From the IMG/VR virus record IMGVR_UViG_3300009037_000004, positions 64,001 through 128,000 of that record: DNA of 64,000 nt; one strand, given 5' to 3'. Positions 1-10,956 of this stretch are shown here, one piece after another. The number at the start of each line of letters is the position of its first letter. Position 1 is the first letter of the stretch. A model generated the notes under the pieces. It saw nothing but the letters and a program-made list of their open reading frames with translations, had not been told where the DNA came from and searched no databases. Source of the DNA: a virus (taxonomy: Duplodnaviria; Caudoviricetes). Both the position numbers and the translations under genes were made by a program.

Positions 1-947
1 CTCCCGTCGTATGGAACTATCGAGGGGATCTCAGGGAAATAGGTCAGCACCGTCGTGTCGTCTGATGACAATGCGCGCATACCGTTTTTCGGAGCATTGG
101 CATCGTTGTCGCAGTTGTACCCCAGGGCGTAATACGTTGTTCGATCAACCATGCCCGACCACACCATCGCAGGTTTGGGATCAGTACCGACCGGGTAGTT
201 CGCAGTGAACTCTCCAAAGTACATGATGCCCCAGTAGTTGGTGGTGCGACAGAACCAGCTTATGATCGCACGATTTGTATCCGCCACGGCGAACACGCTA
301 AATGCAGTCCCAGGATCTCGATAGATGGCCTTGGATGTCGTGTTCCTTGAATCGCTCCAAGCGTCCGTTCCAGCGTTCCATGTAGCCCACGGCCCGATCG
401 AGATCCAGGGGATGTCCTGGGGCCAGTTGCTCGACTCGATCTTCGTGTGCCAATTTCCGGAAAGACCGGATCCCTTGTAGTCTCCCTGCACCACAGCCCA
501 GGAGCTGACAGGAGGACGATAAGAAGAACTCCCCTCCCAGAGTCTCCAAGACACTCCCGATTCGGCCAGTGGGATGCCATCCTCGTGGACACCGAATCGG
601 ATGTCCAGCTCGATGATCTTAGTGGAAATGATCTTCTTGATCCGGTAGATGCCATCCCTGGCGGGCACGGACATCCCGGTGATCGTGATGTACCGGCCGA
701 TGTCCGAGGAGGTCCAGCTTCGTGCATCCCCGGTCATGTCAAACTGGGCTACCTCGCCCACCACAGATGCTCCGGCAGAGCCCGTGGCGATCGTGGCCGT
801 CCAACCGCCATCCCCGGTTTTCGAGTCAAACAGGGTCATACCCACGACCTGAGTGAGGAATTCCACCAGCCAGCGGGAGAATGTCTGGCCGTTGTAGTTC
901 CCATCGGTAGAGACCAAGTAGAGACCATTCTGGAATTTGTCAGCCAT
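1..947 (-). CDS. Virion/tail-associated hypothetical protein (runs off left edge)
   Basis: Hand translation from ATG at 947 (MADKFQNGLYLVSTDGNY...) stays open to position 1; absent from the ORF track because no stop lies in the window. Confidence 0.75.
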   Translation of the reverse strand, partial: MADKFQNGLYLVSTDGNYNGQTFSRWLVEFLTQVVGMTLFDSKTGDGGWTATIATGSAGASVVGEVAQFDMTGDARSWTSSDIGRYITITGMSVPARDGIYRIKKIISTKIIELDIRFGVHEDGIPLAESGVSWRLWEGSSSYRPPVSSWAVVQGDYKGSGLSGNWHTKIESSNWPQDIPWISIGPWATWNAGTDAWSDSRNTTSKAIYRDPGTAFSVFAVADTNRAIISWFCRTTNYWGIMYFGEFTANYPVGTDPKPAMVWSGMVDRTTYYALGYNCDNDANAPKNGMRALSSDDTTVLTYFPEIPSIVPYDG

Positions 948-950
948 CGA

Positions 951-1214
951 TCAACTCCCGAAACCGGCGAAGAACTGCGTCAAGGCACCGGTGACATCCA
1001 ACTTCCCCGTCCCGTAGCAGTCCTCATTGGCGAAGTCGATGTCCACCGAGGCTGCCCCATCCTTGCTGGCAGTGATCCGCACACCTCCTGAGTCTACATC
1101 ACCGAAGACTGCGTAGGTGAGCCTCTCATAGGTGCTACCCCCGCTTTCCCATCGGATCGGGAACCAGTAGTTGATGGCGTCTACCAGAAGTGCCTGTCGC
1201 TCTTCTTCGGTCAT
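951..1214 (-). CDS. Hypothetical protein (tail fibre locus)
   Basis: 87-aa ORF with GGAG RBS, packed between neighbours. Confidence 0.7.
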   Translation of the reverse strand: MTEEERQALLVDAINYWFPIRWESGGSTYERLTYAVFGDVDSGGVRITASKDGAASVDIDFANEDCYGTGKLDVTGALTQFFAGFGS

Positions 1215-1223
1215 CGTGTTCTC

Positions 1224-2429
1224 CTAGACCTCTGCCTCGAGTCCAGCCCACATGCAGACCACTCTTTCTGCTGGACCGCCACTCCCTGTCACCTTGAAAC
1301 GGATCTCATACATCTTCTCCGCCGCGTTCAGTGTCAAGGCAGCGGAGGACTTCCGGGTAGAGACCAGTTCCGTGAAGGTGAGGATCGACTCGGAAGTAGC
1401 GTCCGTGAGGTTGTACAGCTCCACAGATCCTGTGAGGCCGCTGGTGGTGACGTAGGCGGTCACGACGAACTTCACGGTGAGCGTGGTGAAGAACGCGCCA
1501 GCCACACCCAAGGCACCGACGATCACATCGGAGGATGAGTCCGTGTTCTCATTGATCGCCATCGCGATCATGTTGTTCCCGCCGCCTCCACCTCCAACAT
1601 CCGGTTGCCATTCACTGGCGACGCTGTTCCACTTGTAGACATCGCCATCGTTGGGCGCGGTAGTCGCGATATCTCGTCCCTGGAGTTGATCGGCGTTCTG
1701 CGCGTCTGCAAGTACACCGGAGAGACCAGCAACACTGATCTCATCACCCCCACTATCTTCGTGGGAGGTGGCATGCGCTGTGGGTGTGCGAGCGTCAGAA
1801 AGCCTGGAGTCGTCCCCCGCACATGCAGAGGTGGCGGACGTACCCAACGTGCGAAGCGAACCTGTTACTGCCGCTGCGTCAACCGTCAGCGCATCTGCGC
1901 CACCCTCATGGGAGCTGGCATGAGCTTTAGGAGGCTGTGCATCAGTCAGCTCACCAGAGAGGCCGGCAACAGAGATCTCATCATCTCCCCCCGCCTCATG
2001 CCGGGCGGCATGGGTCGCCAAGATCGCCTCAGCATCACGGATGGTCTGGTTGAGATCGGTGTCGTAGCGGTAGAGGTAGGCTCCAGGAATGCGAAGAGCA
2101 AGCTCCTCAGTCAAAATGTAGACCGCAGTCTGGGCCTCTTCTCGATCGTAGGCAGGCTCGCTCCACCCTGAGCTATTCTTCGCTCGGAGCTGGAGGACAT
2201 AGCCTTCAGCTACATCCGCTGTGAACTGCGCGTTCTGGACCGTGGAGACGCCATCTGTGAAGTCCCCATTCACCCCGACGTCGGCCGAGCTCCCCGAAGG
2301 GACGGCCAACATCGTCCATTCCCAATCAGTGATGGGCCCGTTGAGAGCATTGCCGGACAGTGTCACCAGCTTCGGAAGGGTCGAGAATGCGTAGGCTTGT
2401 TCGGGACCAGCCTGGGCTACTGGAATCAT
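1224..2429 (-). CDS. Tail fibre-like protein with N-terminal PKD-like domain and HAxxHExGG repeats
   Basis: PVAQAGPEQ start (PKD-like); three HAxxHE-GG repeats, two followed by DEISVAGLSG; Gly linker before C-terminal beta domain. Confidence 0.6.
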   Translation of the reverse strand: MIPVAQAGPEQAYAFSTLPKLVTLSGNALNGPITDWEWTMLAVPSGSSADVGVNGDFTDGVSTVQNAQFTADVAEGYVLQLRAKNSSGWSEPAYDREEAQTAVYILTEELALRIPGAYLYRYDTDLNQTIRDAEAILATHAARHEAGGDDEISVAGLSGELTDAQPPKAHASSHEGGADALTVDAAAVTGSLRTLGTSATSACAGDDSRLSDARTPTAHATSHEDSGGDEISVAGLSGVLADAQNADQLQGRDIATTAPNDGDVYKWNSVASEWQPDVGGGGGGNNMIAMAINENTDSSSDVIVGALGVAGAFFTTLTVKFVVTAYVTTSGLTGSVELYNLTDATSESILTFTELVSTRKSSAALTLNAAEKMYEIRFKVTGSGGPAERVVCMWAGLEAEV

Positions 2430-2455
2430 TCGTCGTCTCCTACTCCGGCCATGTG

Positions 2456-2485
2456 ATTCTAGCCTTCACCGATCTCATGAGTCAA
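2456..2485 (-). promoter_or_regulatory. Sigma70-like promoter
   Basis: TTGACT-N18-TAGAAT upstream of 1224..2429. Confidence 0.45.
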
Positions 2486-2526
2486 AGTCATTGTACTCTC
2501 CAGAGACCCTGGACTAGAGTAATCCC

Positions 2527-2844
2527 ATGGACCTCGAGTTCCTCGATCCAAGGATCACAGAGAAGTTGCTGGAGGGTCACAAGGACACGATCTCTCCATT
2601 GGCGGAAGAACGCGAGAAGTTCTACCTGAGTCAGAGCTGCCCACACTGCGGCGGGAATGCCTTGGACAAGAGGGGCAGCCTCAACACTCTTTTCCGTGCG
2701 AACGATCCTCTCCCCCGCTACCAACTCTTGTGCGAGAACTGTGGTTGCCTCTTCGATCCCCATTCCGGACTGATCCTGAAACTGGGCAACCTCGGCAAGG
2801 CGTGGATTCCCGCAATTCCCATCCTCCCGGATCGCGAGGACTAG
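2527..2844 (+). CDS. Zinc-ribbon protein
   Basis: CPHC...CENC motifs; fills gap between minus-strand genes. Confidence 0.65.
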   Translation: MDLEFLDPRITEKLLEGHKDTISPLAEEREKFYLSQSCPHCGGNALDKRGSLNTLFRANDPLPRYQLLCENCGCLFDPHSGLILKLGNLGKAWIPAIPILPDRED

Positions 2845-5800
2845 AGAGACGACGGGGTCTCGCGGGAGACCTTGATCGTTCCGGTGAAGAAGGTCGCCAA
2901 CCGACCGTGCGTCACGTAGTCCTTGGATCGCTCCACCGTGATCTCGCGCTTCTCGTTGTGGACCACCGCCACTAGCTCGATGGGGTTCTGGACGTAGGTG
3001 GCGCCCCGGCGCAGCGGAAAGTCCTGGATGTCCGAGACTTCCACTCTATCGTCCGGTCCCAGCCCATCCATGTAGTCAGACACGTCCTCCCCCACCACAT
3101 CCGCAGAAGAACCACCGCGGTAGTTGAGCTCGAAGTTGATGTAGTGGGGCTGGAGATGCCGCACCAGGAGGCTGGCTGTCAGTACCCGCTCGAGCTGGGA
3201 CTTCGCGAAGGACTGGATGGAGGAAACCAGGGGTGAGCGTTCGTAGCTCACCTGGAGATTCTGGCCCGACAAGATCGTGGCCTGGTCTGGCCGATCTGAG
3301 CTGCCGACAGTCAAGACACGCTGACTGAGGACCATCGTGACCTCTTCCTCAGTCGAGAACGAGAAGTTCTCATCCTGCACTTCCAGTCGGTATCCATCGG
3401 ACTTGTACCCAGTGACCTCGAAAATCTCATCGGGATCGAGATTCCATTCGTTCCCCACACCCTCAGAGATCAACTCCACGTCCATGTAGTAGAGGCCATT
3501 CTCCAAATTCTCGCTCATCCCGGTCGAGTGAAGGCGCTGCACTCCAGGGCGGTAGATGTGGAAATGCTGAGACTGACTGGCGGCCGCGTTCTGCGATAAT
3601 TCCAGGATAGAATGCTGAGTCGGATCCAGGGTTGAGCCGACGTACTCGATCGTGTAGTAGTCATCGATGTCGGCCACGGCCTTGTTCTTAATGTTGGCCA
3701 GCGGTGCCGAGAGCCAGAACACAGCACCAGAGGTGCTGTTGTAATGGTAGATGATCTGGAAGTCCGCCTCCAGTCGAAGGAACTTCGCTCCCGAGATCGT
3801 CTCGATGTAGGCGACGTCTTCCCCCATCGCCTCGTTGATCTCATCCACCACATCATCCGGGCCCGTGAGCTGGTCCGTGAATGTGACAACCTTGAGTGGG
3901 TTGTCACCGATGGTGAGGATGAGGGTCAGGCCCTCAAGGTCGTCTGGGTAGGTGATACCCAAACCACCGCTGAGGACGCGGATGTCATTGCTCGCCTGGA
4001 TGGGCTGGTAGGTGACACTCAGGAGATCTCCGGCCTTGATCTCCCTTGTCAGGAAATCAATGGCCGCATCTCGGGAATTCTTGCCGGTATCTCCAGGTGG
4101 AGACGCATCCGATTCCACAATGGCAGAACCGTTCGTGATGAGGTTGTTGGGGGGATCGTCACCAGAGCAGGGCAGAATTTCCTGCTTCATGTCCGGGTCT
4201 GGAAAGAAGCGGAGGTAAGAGTTGCCGACCTTGACGGTGAAGTAGGTGACGGGATCTTCATCCTCCCCAACCACCTCATCTCCGGCCGCCGCCAGAGCGG
4301 CGTTCGCGGGATGAGTTGACGTTCTCTTGAGAGCGGGGTGCCACGATCCACGAACCTCAAAAGAGGTGGGGTCCAAGAAGTAGACTCTGGCATTCCCGTA
4401 GGAACGAGAACCTACCGTGACCGTGACATTGACGTTGGGCTGGAGGAAGCGGAGAGTACCGCCTTCCTCATCGAATCCCACAGCCAGGAGTTTGAACGCC
4501 GACACCTGGATGAGGTAGAGGAAGCCGATGTTGTCTCCCGTGCTGACGAAAACAGCATCTTTCTTCACCCGCAGGTCGTAGTTGGCGGCAGTCCAATCCG
4601 TGATGTTGCTCGCACTCCTAATCTGACGGTTATCCTCGCCCGTCACATCGAACCCAATGTTCGCGTTCTGAGCATTGGCCGAAACCGAAAGCCATCGATC
4701 TCCTGATCGCAGAGTGAGGTAGTCCTTCCCATCCACAGTGATGTAGGAGGCGATGTTGAAGATGGCGCTATTGATCCGGGCGAGGACGATATGCCTGCTG
4801 GCTGCGCTCGTGAGATCAACGGCCACCGGAGTCCCGTTGACTGAGATGGTCAAGATCGTGGAAGCCAGTGGATAACTAAGGGAATCGAGATCGACCGCCG
4901 CGACGATCCCCGTGGTTGCGTCACTGGTGCTGACCTTCGTTCCGATCCCTGCGTTGGAGAAGGAGGAGCTGCGCGCATCCACCGGACAGGCGTAGGGAAC
5001 GACGTAGCCAGTTGGCTGGGACGAGCTGTCCAAGATCTCTAGGCCCGTGATGCGAACGAGGGGGAAGGAAATGCCTTCCTGCGCTTCATAGAGTTCGTAG
5101 CTGAGGTTGTCCGCAGTCGCGCTCATCTGGGCCGCGAGCTGAAGGTTCCTGTTCCCCGTGCCGGAGATCGCGTTGACGGTGTACTTCCCCTTGTCCGCCC
5201 CGCTCAAGATCTCCAGTGTGTCTCCTTCCGCAGCACCCAGGGCGGAGAAATCCACAGCGGAGGCGGTCGTAACGACGGTCCCAAGCTGGATGGTTTCCAG
5301 GTCATCCCCAACCCCACGAATCGTCCGGGGGTTTCGTAGGTCTATGTCGATCTCGTCCACGACCTTGTAGCGCATGGACGAGTCGTTGGAGGTGATGGGG
5401 TCGTCGATCTGAAGGTAGTTCTCCGCAGAGCCGGGAGCTCCCGATGGCTGCACACCTACGCGGAGAACCGTCTTCGTCCCCGCGTTCACCCCGGTCTCGA
5501 TGACCAGGGAGTGGCCCGGCCGCACCCCTTCAGTCACGAAATCGGCCGTAGGCGAGTAAACAAACTCATCGTAGGTAGTATCGCCGATGAGATCGAGGCC
5601 GCTCACCAGAGGTTCAGAATCGGAGATGGAGGAGAGCACCAACGTCTTCTCGGAGACCGAAGTCCCACGGACGTAGAAGTCCGACGCACCTCCGATATGG
5701 ACCTCGTCCGGTTCGATCTCTAGGGTGTCGGCCTCCGCGGAGAACATGACACCGCCGGGGATGTCAGAGATCGTCAGGAGACGGCGATGGATGGACCACA

Positions 5801-7127
5801 CCAGAGCCTCCTGGTCCACCTCCAGGGCCTCGTCCAGCCGAAGCTCCTGTGAACTGAGGACAGACACGACCCCCACCTGCTTCGGCGGCCGCAAAAGCAT
5901 CCAAACCATCCCGGATTCTGCCGCCCCTGTACGGTCGATCTGGATCTCGTTAGCACCCACCTTCGCCAAGATCTTGGCAGTGCCCAGATTGGCAGGGTCT
6001 GAGGCTTGAAGGATCACGACCATGCCACCCACGTCATCAGTTGTAAAAGTCACGGGAAGAATGAGGTGGTCGAGGTTTGTGATTGGGACCTGGGCATCGG
6101 TGCCGTACAGAACGGAGTTGACACGAAGGTAGTACTCCGCCTCCACATCCCCCAGACTTCCGAAGACGGAGAGGAAATCGCCGTAACGGGTCTTGAAACT
6201 GTAAGTCAGAGCGTCCCCATCTTCATCATCCTCCGTGTACCCGTCCACGCCCTGGAGGAGGTCGGGGCCAAGATCTCCTCCGGTGATGATGTCCCGCATC
6301 ATCTCCTCTTCCAGCATCCCCACAACCTGGAGGCTCACGAGGTCTTCGAACTGATCGTACAGCCGTGCAGAGACGCCACGGGCAACCACCAAAGACCGTT
6401 CCGTGATGGAGGTCTCGGCCTTGTCAACCAGCTCCTGGGTGGTTTCCGCGTCCAGCCCGTTTTCGAAGTCCTCTGTGTTCTCCACCAGGACGGCTGCGTT
6501 GAGGTTGGTGATCCCTACGATGTCCCCCTTATCGACGTTGTAGTCCGTCCCGGCCTTCTCTGCGGTCACTTGGATGTCGAAGTAGTAGAGGCCGCCGCTC
6601 TGGTTGAAGATCATCGCCTCGGCGGTGATGCTCTGAAGCGTGGTGGGTAGGAACCGAAGGCCATCCGCTGTGTAGCAGACGTTGCCCACGCTGATGTTCA
6701 ACGCCATCGGGGCGTTGAAGTAGAGCCTCACAGTCCCGGTAGACAACCCACCGGTAGCCCGAGTGACGAAAAGGTTGGCCGCCAAAGCGTCAGCTTCCGA
6801 CTCCGCCAGGAGTTCTGGGTAAGCAAAGGACTGGCCCTGCTTGATGAGCTGAACCTCGCGGCTGATCGGGTCGAGAAGGACACTGGCCCCCTTGGAGAGG
6901 AAGTCGTAGACCGCCGAGCCCTCCCGGAAGTTCACGTCCGTGAACTCCTGGGCCAGTCGCGCCGCGATGAACTTCTCGACCGTCATCTCAAACGGGTCGG
7001 GGGTGAAGCGGCGGACGATGGGGTCCACGACCTGATACTGAGCGGGGGAACCTTCTGAGATGTCGATCGTGGGATCGAAAGCCAGCAGGCGCTCCTCCAC
7101 GAAGTCCTTCAGTGTCTGAGTGGCCAT
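2841..7127 (-). CDS. Large baseplate wedge protein (baseplate J-like N-terminus)
   Basis: Start reassigned to MATQTL at 7127; FREGSAVYDFL...TAEKAGTDYNV...GLDAETTQEL resembles baseplate J; follows gp25-like gene. Confidence 0.7.
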   Translation of the reverse strand: MATQTLKDFVEERLLAFDPTIDISEGSPAQYQVVDPIVRRFTPDPFEMTVEKFIAARLAQEFTDVNFREGSAVYDFLSKGASVLLDPISREVQLIKQGQSFAYPELLAESEADALAANLFVTRATGGLSTGTVRLYFNAPMALNISVGNVCYTADGLRFLPTTLQSITAEAMIFNQSGGLYYFDIQVTAEKAGTDYNVDKGDIVGITNLNAAVLVENTEDFENGLDAETTQELVDKAETSITERSLVVARGVSARLYDQFEDLVSLQVVGMLEEEMMRDIITGGDLGPDLLQGVDGYTEDDEDGDALTYSFKTRYGDFLSVFGSLGDVEAEYYLRVNSVLYGTDAQVPITNLDHLILPVTFTTDDVGGMVVILQASDPANLGTAKILAKVGANEIQIDRTGAAESGMVWMLLRPPKQVGVVSVLSSQELRLDEALEVDQEALVWSIHRRLLTISDIPGGVMFSAEADTLEIEPDEVHIGGASDFYVRGTSVSEKTLVLSSISDSEPLVSGLDLIGDTTYDEFVYSPTADFVTEGVRPGHSLVIETGVNAGTKTVLRVGVQPSGAPGSAENYLQIDDPITSNDSSMRYKVVDEIDIDLRNPRTIRGVGDDLETIQLGTVVTTASAVDFSALGAAEGDTLEILSGADKGKYTVNAISGTGNRNLQLAAQMSATADNLSYELYEAQEGISFPLVRITGLEILDSSSQPTGYVVPYACPVDARSSSFSNAGIGTKVSTSDATTGIVAAVDLDSLSYPLASTILTISVNGTPVAVDLTSAASRHIVLARINSAIFNIASYITVDGKDYLTLRSGDRWLSVSANAQNANIGFDVTGEDNRQIRSASNITDWTAANYDLRVKKDAVFVSTGDNIGFLYLIQVSAFKLLAVGFDEEGGTLRFLQPNVNVTVTVGSRSYGNARVYFLDPTSFEVRGSWHPALKRTSTHPANAALAAAGDEVVGEDEDPVTYFTVKVGNSYLRFFPDPDMKQEILPCSGDDPPNNLITNGSAIVESDASPPGDTGKNSRDAAIDFLTREIKAGDLLSVTYQPIQASNDIRVLSGGLGITYPDDLEGLTLILTIGDNPLKVVTFTDQLTGPDDVVDEINEAMGEDVAYIETISGAKFLRLEADFQIIYHYNSTSGAVFWLSAPLANIKNKAVADIDDYYTIEYVGSTLDPTQHSILELSQNAAASQSQHFHIYRPGVQRLHSTGMSENLENGLYYMDVELISEGVGNEWNLDPDEIFEVTGYKSDGYRLEVQDENFSFSTEEEVTMVLSQRVLTVGSSDRPDQATILSGQNLQVSYERSPLVSSIQSFAKSQLERVLTASLLVRHLQPHYINFELNYRGGSSADVVGEDVSDYMDGLGPDDRVEVSDIQDFPLRRGATYVQNPIELVAVVHNEKREITVERSKDYVTHGRLATFFTGTIKVSRETPSSL

Positions 7128-7128
7128 A

Positions 7129-7779
7129 TCACAGCTCCAGATTTGCGATGGCCCGCACCCCGGACTGAGAGATGAGTTCAACCCGTGCGAGGAGGGCCGT
7201 GAGGTTCACGTCGAACTTGGAGTTGAGAAGGGTGGCCGACAACAGGCGCTCGTCATCGGGGATACGCGTCTGCTGACTCTGCAACGCCTTCATCTGGGTC
7301 TCCGCCCGGCGCACCGAGATGGCGAAGTCCGACACGATCGTCTGGGTCTCGCCCAGCCCGAAGTTCTTGCCCAGGTTCTTCAGCCCACTCCCACCTAGCC
7401 TCTGCGCCCAGGCATCGGTTCCAGCAGTGGTGAAGAGGAGCTTCAGGAACGTCTGCATCATCGCCTTCAGACCACCCACCTTCTTCGGGTCCTTGCCGAT
7501 CCTGAAGCGGACTCGACTCCGAATGGTGGCAGTGAAGTCGGCACTGAGGACTGAGAGGCTACGGATCGTGTTCTTCTTCTCAGAAATCGGCACCTCGGCC
7601 AGGATGGTATTCCTGTTCGCGATGGCGAAGCTGGGGGAATTGACTTCGTTGATCAAGACTTCGATAGCATGGCGGAAGTCGGGCCCTGTGATTTGCAGAG
7701 ACCGCGGGGTCATCCCAGGAATCTCTTGGGCACCACGGATCGACAAAGCGTCGCTGAACTGGATGAATTGGAGATCCAC
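7129..7779 (-). CDS. Baseplate wedge initiator, gp25-like
   Basis: C-terminal QTFLKLLFTTAGTD resembles gp25 family; directly upstream of J-like gene. Confidence 0.5.
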   Translation of the reverse strand: MDLQFIQFSDALSIRGAQEIPGMTPRSLQITGPDFRHAIEVLINEVNSPSFAIANRNTILAEVPISEKKNTIRSLSVLSADFTATIRSRVRFRIGKDPKKVGGLKAMMQTFLKLLFTTAGTDAWAQRLGGSGLKNLGKNFGLGETQTIVSDFAISVRRAETQMKALQSQQTRIPDDERLLSATLLNSKFDVNLTALLARVELISQSGVRAIANLEL

Positions 7780-7780
7780 T

Positions 7781-8134
7781 CTACTCCTCCGTGTTCATCG
7801 AGTCCTCCGCCGTTGCGGTAGAACTCGAGGAAGACGAAGCGTTCGACTCCGTGGAGAGTGTCCAGTAGCTGGCCGGTTGCTTTTTGACTGTGTCGATGGC
7901 ATTGCTGACCTCAGACTTGATCTTCTCGACACGGTCCAAGAGAGTCGAGCGCACGTAGCTCTGGCCAGTCGTCCCCTCGATTCGGTCGATGGCCTTGTCT
8001 AGGAGCTCCTCGTAGGTGATGTTGGCAATCGTCTCGGTGTACTGGCGCCCCCGCACAAAGGCGTAGGCGTTGCTCAAGATCTCCCGCATCTGAAGCTTGA
8101 GCCGGGTTTCCTTCTTGGAAGCGGAATCAGCCAT
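7781..8134 (-). CDS. Hypothetical protein
   Basis: 117-aa ORF coupled to neighbours. Confidence 0.7.
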   Translation of the reverse strand: MADSASKKETRLKLQMREILSNAYAFVRGRQYTETIANITYEELLDKAIDRIEGTTGQSYVRSTLLDRVEKIKSEVSNAIDTVKKQPASYWTLSTESNASSSSSSTATAEDSMNTEE

Positions 8135-10662
8135 CAGTATCTCGTCCTGGAGGTGGAAGCCTCATCCCCGGACTTGTCGAAGTCGGGCACGTCTCCCAGA
8201 ATCCTCACATTCTCATCCGTGTCCTGGTCGCTGTAGTCGAAACCCGCATCGGTCCCCGTAGTAGAAGTCGCAGTTGATGTCGAGTCGTATGCATCGTCAT
8301 CCAACTTCGAGACCGGCAGATCTTTCTGAACCACAGATCTTACTGATTTCAGCATGAAAGAGCTGGTGGCTGCATCATCTTTGTCCATCGAGAAGAAATC
8401 GACGAGCTTGCCCCGCATCAGTAGATCATAGGCGCGGTCCATGCCGCGTTCCTTCAACATTTTCAGGATGGCATCGAAGCGACTCACTGACTTCACCACG
8501 AAAGCTACCAGTATCTCGGTCAAGCCGGGGGTGATGGAGGTCAGCAGATCGTACAGGTCTTCCGCCACCGACTTCGCGTCCGCGATCTGAGACGCTGAAG
8601 GTTGCTTGTTCACCAGCAACGCATTCATCACCCGGTCGAGCTCGAGCGTGTCGGACTTGAACTTCGTGGAGTCTTTCCACGTCACCCAGTCTTCCAACTC
8701 CTGGGCAAAGTCCTCGTAGTCCACAGCAGCCTTGCTCAAGATGCGAAAAGCCGAGAAGGTGAGATCAGTATCGAACGGGGGATCAATCTCAAGCTGCTTG
8801 TTGCTGTCCGCCAGTTCCAGGATCGTGTACTTGTTCTCTCCGCTAAGATCGGTGGCGTAGAGGACATCACCTACGACCACGTTAGACTTGCTGAAATCCA
8901 GGTCTGTACCAGAAGAAGCTGCGCGGAAACCAGTCGTGGTGGCTTGGGTAGTACCAGCCGTAAGACCCAGAGTGGTGAGCGAGGAACAGGAGCCGATGAC
9001 AAGCTGGGAATCTAAGCCTGTGCTCTCCGACTCGATCTTCAAGAGGTCTCGGACAATGATCCAGCCCACATTGCTGACGAGTTCCACGAAGGGTGTTGCC
9101 GAGCTAACGGTCACACGATCAATCGTGGTTCGGACCACGGATACGATCCGGTGGTATCCGACATTCTTCCCCGACCGAATCAGAAGCTGGTCGTCCGTGT
9201 GGGAGAGGGACGCGAGAGTGTTCACGGGCAGGTCGAAAACGACCGAACTGACGGCGATCCCAGTCGTTCCTTCCTCGAACGCCGTGGACACCACCGAGGC
9301 CTCGACCTTCCCGACCGCGTTGATCTCTGCCGCTAGCTCACTGGCACTAACGCCGGCGTTGTCGTCCTGCTCCCCCTCGTAGAAGCCCAAAGTCGTGTAC
9401 GCCTTGATGACGCGGCTGCGGTAGGTGGAATTCTCGGCGGTCAGAATCAACCGCTGAACGCCAGCCTGCGTCTTCGTGATCTTGATGTAGTTGTACCCGC
9501 CCGATGAAACTACGGAGGCAGCGTACACACCTGGGTAGTTGGCCGTAGCCCAAGTGTTGATGTCCGAGACGATGTTGGCCGCAGTTCGGCCCGTCCCCGC
9601 CGTCAGGGTCACGAGAACCGACTCCTCATCAATCTCCAGCAGATCATTGTAGCTAGCGGTAATGTCGTAGGTCTCGGGGACCACGGATTGGAGGCTGGGT
9701 TGCGAGGGCGCGGTGATGGTGTAAGTCGTGGAGGCATTTCCATCTTCCGCGATCTTCAGCTCATCATTCGATCCCGTCACGATGGCCCAAGGGGCGGACT
9801 TCGTTCCTGTCACGGCCGCTGATACCAGCCCACCCTTATCCCCCACCGGGACAGCGACCCGACCCACGACTGTGCTCGAGCTCGAAAGCCGGGGATCGCT
9901 GGGATCATTGACGGTGACGTAGTTGTCAAGGATCGATTTGCCGGCCGCGAGTCGAAGATACGCCTCTCGGCATTTGGCAATACGATCGTCCTTGGTGTAG
10001 GAGGAGGACTCGAAGTACTCCTGGAGATCTTGGAGATCGCTTCGTACCTTTGTCACCGAGCTTTGAAGGGCCACCACCGGCAGGTTGAGGGAGTTGAATT
10101 CGTCCAGGGTGGACTGGAGCTGGGTGAGGTTGTCGAGGATGTCCGTGTAGGCGGTCGCCAGACTGCTCAGATCTACCTTGGCTTCTGTCCGGGCCAGTTG
10201 GGGAGAGCGAACGATCTGACTGCCCTTCTTGACGTTGACCTTCAGGGACTCCTGGATGAACTTCGTCACCGACGTCTGGTAGCGGGTGTAGGCCGGGTTG
10301 CTGACAGCACCTTGATTCGTCAGAATCTGATCGACTGTCAGTAGGGATGTGGCTGCATCCCCGAGCGGCGTGGTCTTGGTGACGTCCTTCGTTGTCTTGG
10401 CCATCTCATCGATGGCGTCCAGAATGTCCTCCAGGTATTCGATCGCCGCCAGCACATCGACGTTCAGCTTGTTGGAGACCAGATAGATGAGGTAGAAGAT
10501 CGCGTTTGGATCGTAGGCCAAGGTGGTGGAGAACAGCGAGATGACCTCGCTGAACTTGCTCTCCGCATCAGTGGGTCCGAGTGCGCTCTGGGTGATCGTG
10601 AGCGAGCTCTTCACGAATCCGGAAACGACGCTTTCGATTTCTGAGTCTTTGTACCCGGCCAT
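8134..10662 (-). CDS. Virion structural protein (baseplate/tail region)
   Basis: 842-aa S/T-rich ORF, TGATG coupling, beta-rich middle similar in style to 15952..16899. Confidence 0.6.
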   Translation of the reverse strand: MAGYKDSEIESVVSGFVKSSLTITQSALGPTDAESKFSEVISLFSTTLAYDPNAIFYLIYLVSNKLNVDVLAAIEYLEDILDAIDEMAKTTKDVTKTTPLGDAATSLLTVDQILTNQGAVSNPAYTRYQTSVTKFIQESLKVNVKKGSQIVRSPQLARTEAKVDLSSLATAYTDILDNLTQLQSTLDEFNSLNLPVVALQSSVTKVRSDLQDLQEYFESSSYTKDDRIAKCREAYLRLAAGKSILDNYVTVNDPSDPRLSSSSTVVGRVAVPVGDKGGLVSAAVTGTKSAPWAIVTGSNDELKIAEDGNASTTYTITAPSQPSLQSVVPETYDITASYNDLLEIDEESVLVTLTAGTGRTAANIVSDINTWATANYPGVYAASVVSSGGYNYIKITKTQAGVQRLILTAENSTYRSRVIKAYTTLGFYEGEQDDNAGVSASELAAEINAVGKVEASVVSTAFEEGTTGIAVSSVVFDLPVNTLASLSHTDDQLLIRSGKNVGYHRIVSVVRTTIDRVTVSSATPFVELVSNVGWIIVRDLLKIESESTGLDSQLVIGSCSSLTTLGLTAGTTQATTTGFRAASSGTDLDFSKSNVVVGDVLYATDLSGENKYTILELADSNKQLEIDPPFDTDLTFSAFRILSKAAVDYEDFAQELEDWVTWKDSTKFKSDTLELDRVMNALLVNKQPSASQIADAKSVAEDLYDLLTSITPGLTEILVAFVVKSVSRFDAILKMLKERGMDRAYDLLMRGKLVDFFSMDKDDAATSSFMLKSVRSVVQKDLPVSKLDDDAYDSTSTATSTTGTDAGFDYSDQDTDENVRILGDVPDFDKSGDEASTSRTRY

Positions 10663-10955
10663 CAGCTCACCATGTCGAACTTCTTCACATCTTCGCGTCT
10701 TAGCCTGTGCGTCATCTCTCGGATGACTCGAGGATCCCAGTCCAAGATAGTACAGATGCTGACGAACGACGTGAAGTGGGTCTCTTCATCGTTCATCAAC
10801 CAGTCGTAGGCGCTCTTCCACAACCGCCGTTCCTTCAGCCGCGAGGAGCCTTTGTAGAGGGCAATGTCGTAGGCAGATCGACGGAGAATGGCGCCTAAGA
10901 GGAGCCTCTCGCCGTGACCTTCGGGCCAGATGGGACGAATAAACAGGACCGCCAT
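10662..10955 (-). CDS. Hypothetical protein
   Basis: 97-aa ORF coupled to neighbours. Confidence 0.7.
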   Translation of the reverse strand: MAVLFIRPIWPEGHGERLLLGAILRRSAYDIALYKGSSRLKERRLWKSAYDWLMNDEETHFTSFVSICTILDWDPRVIREMTHRLRREDVKKFDMVS

Positions 10956-10956
10956 C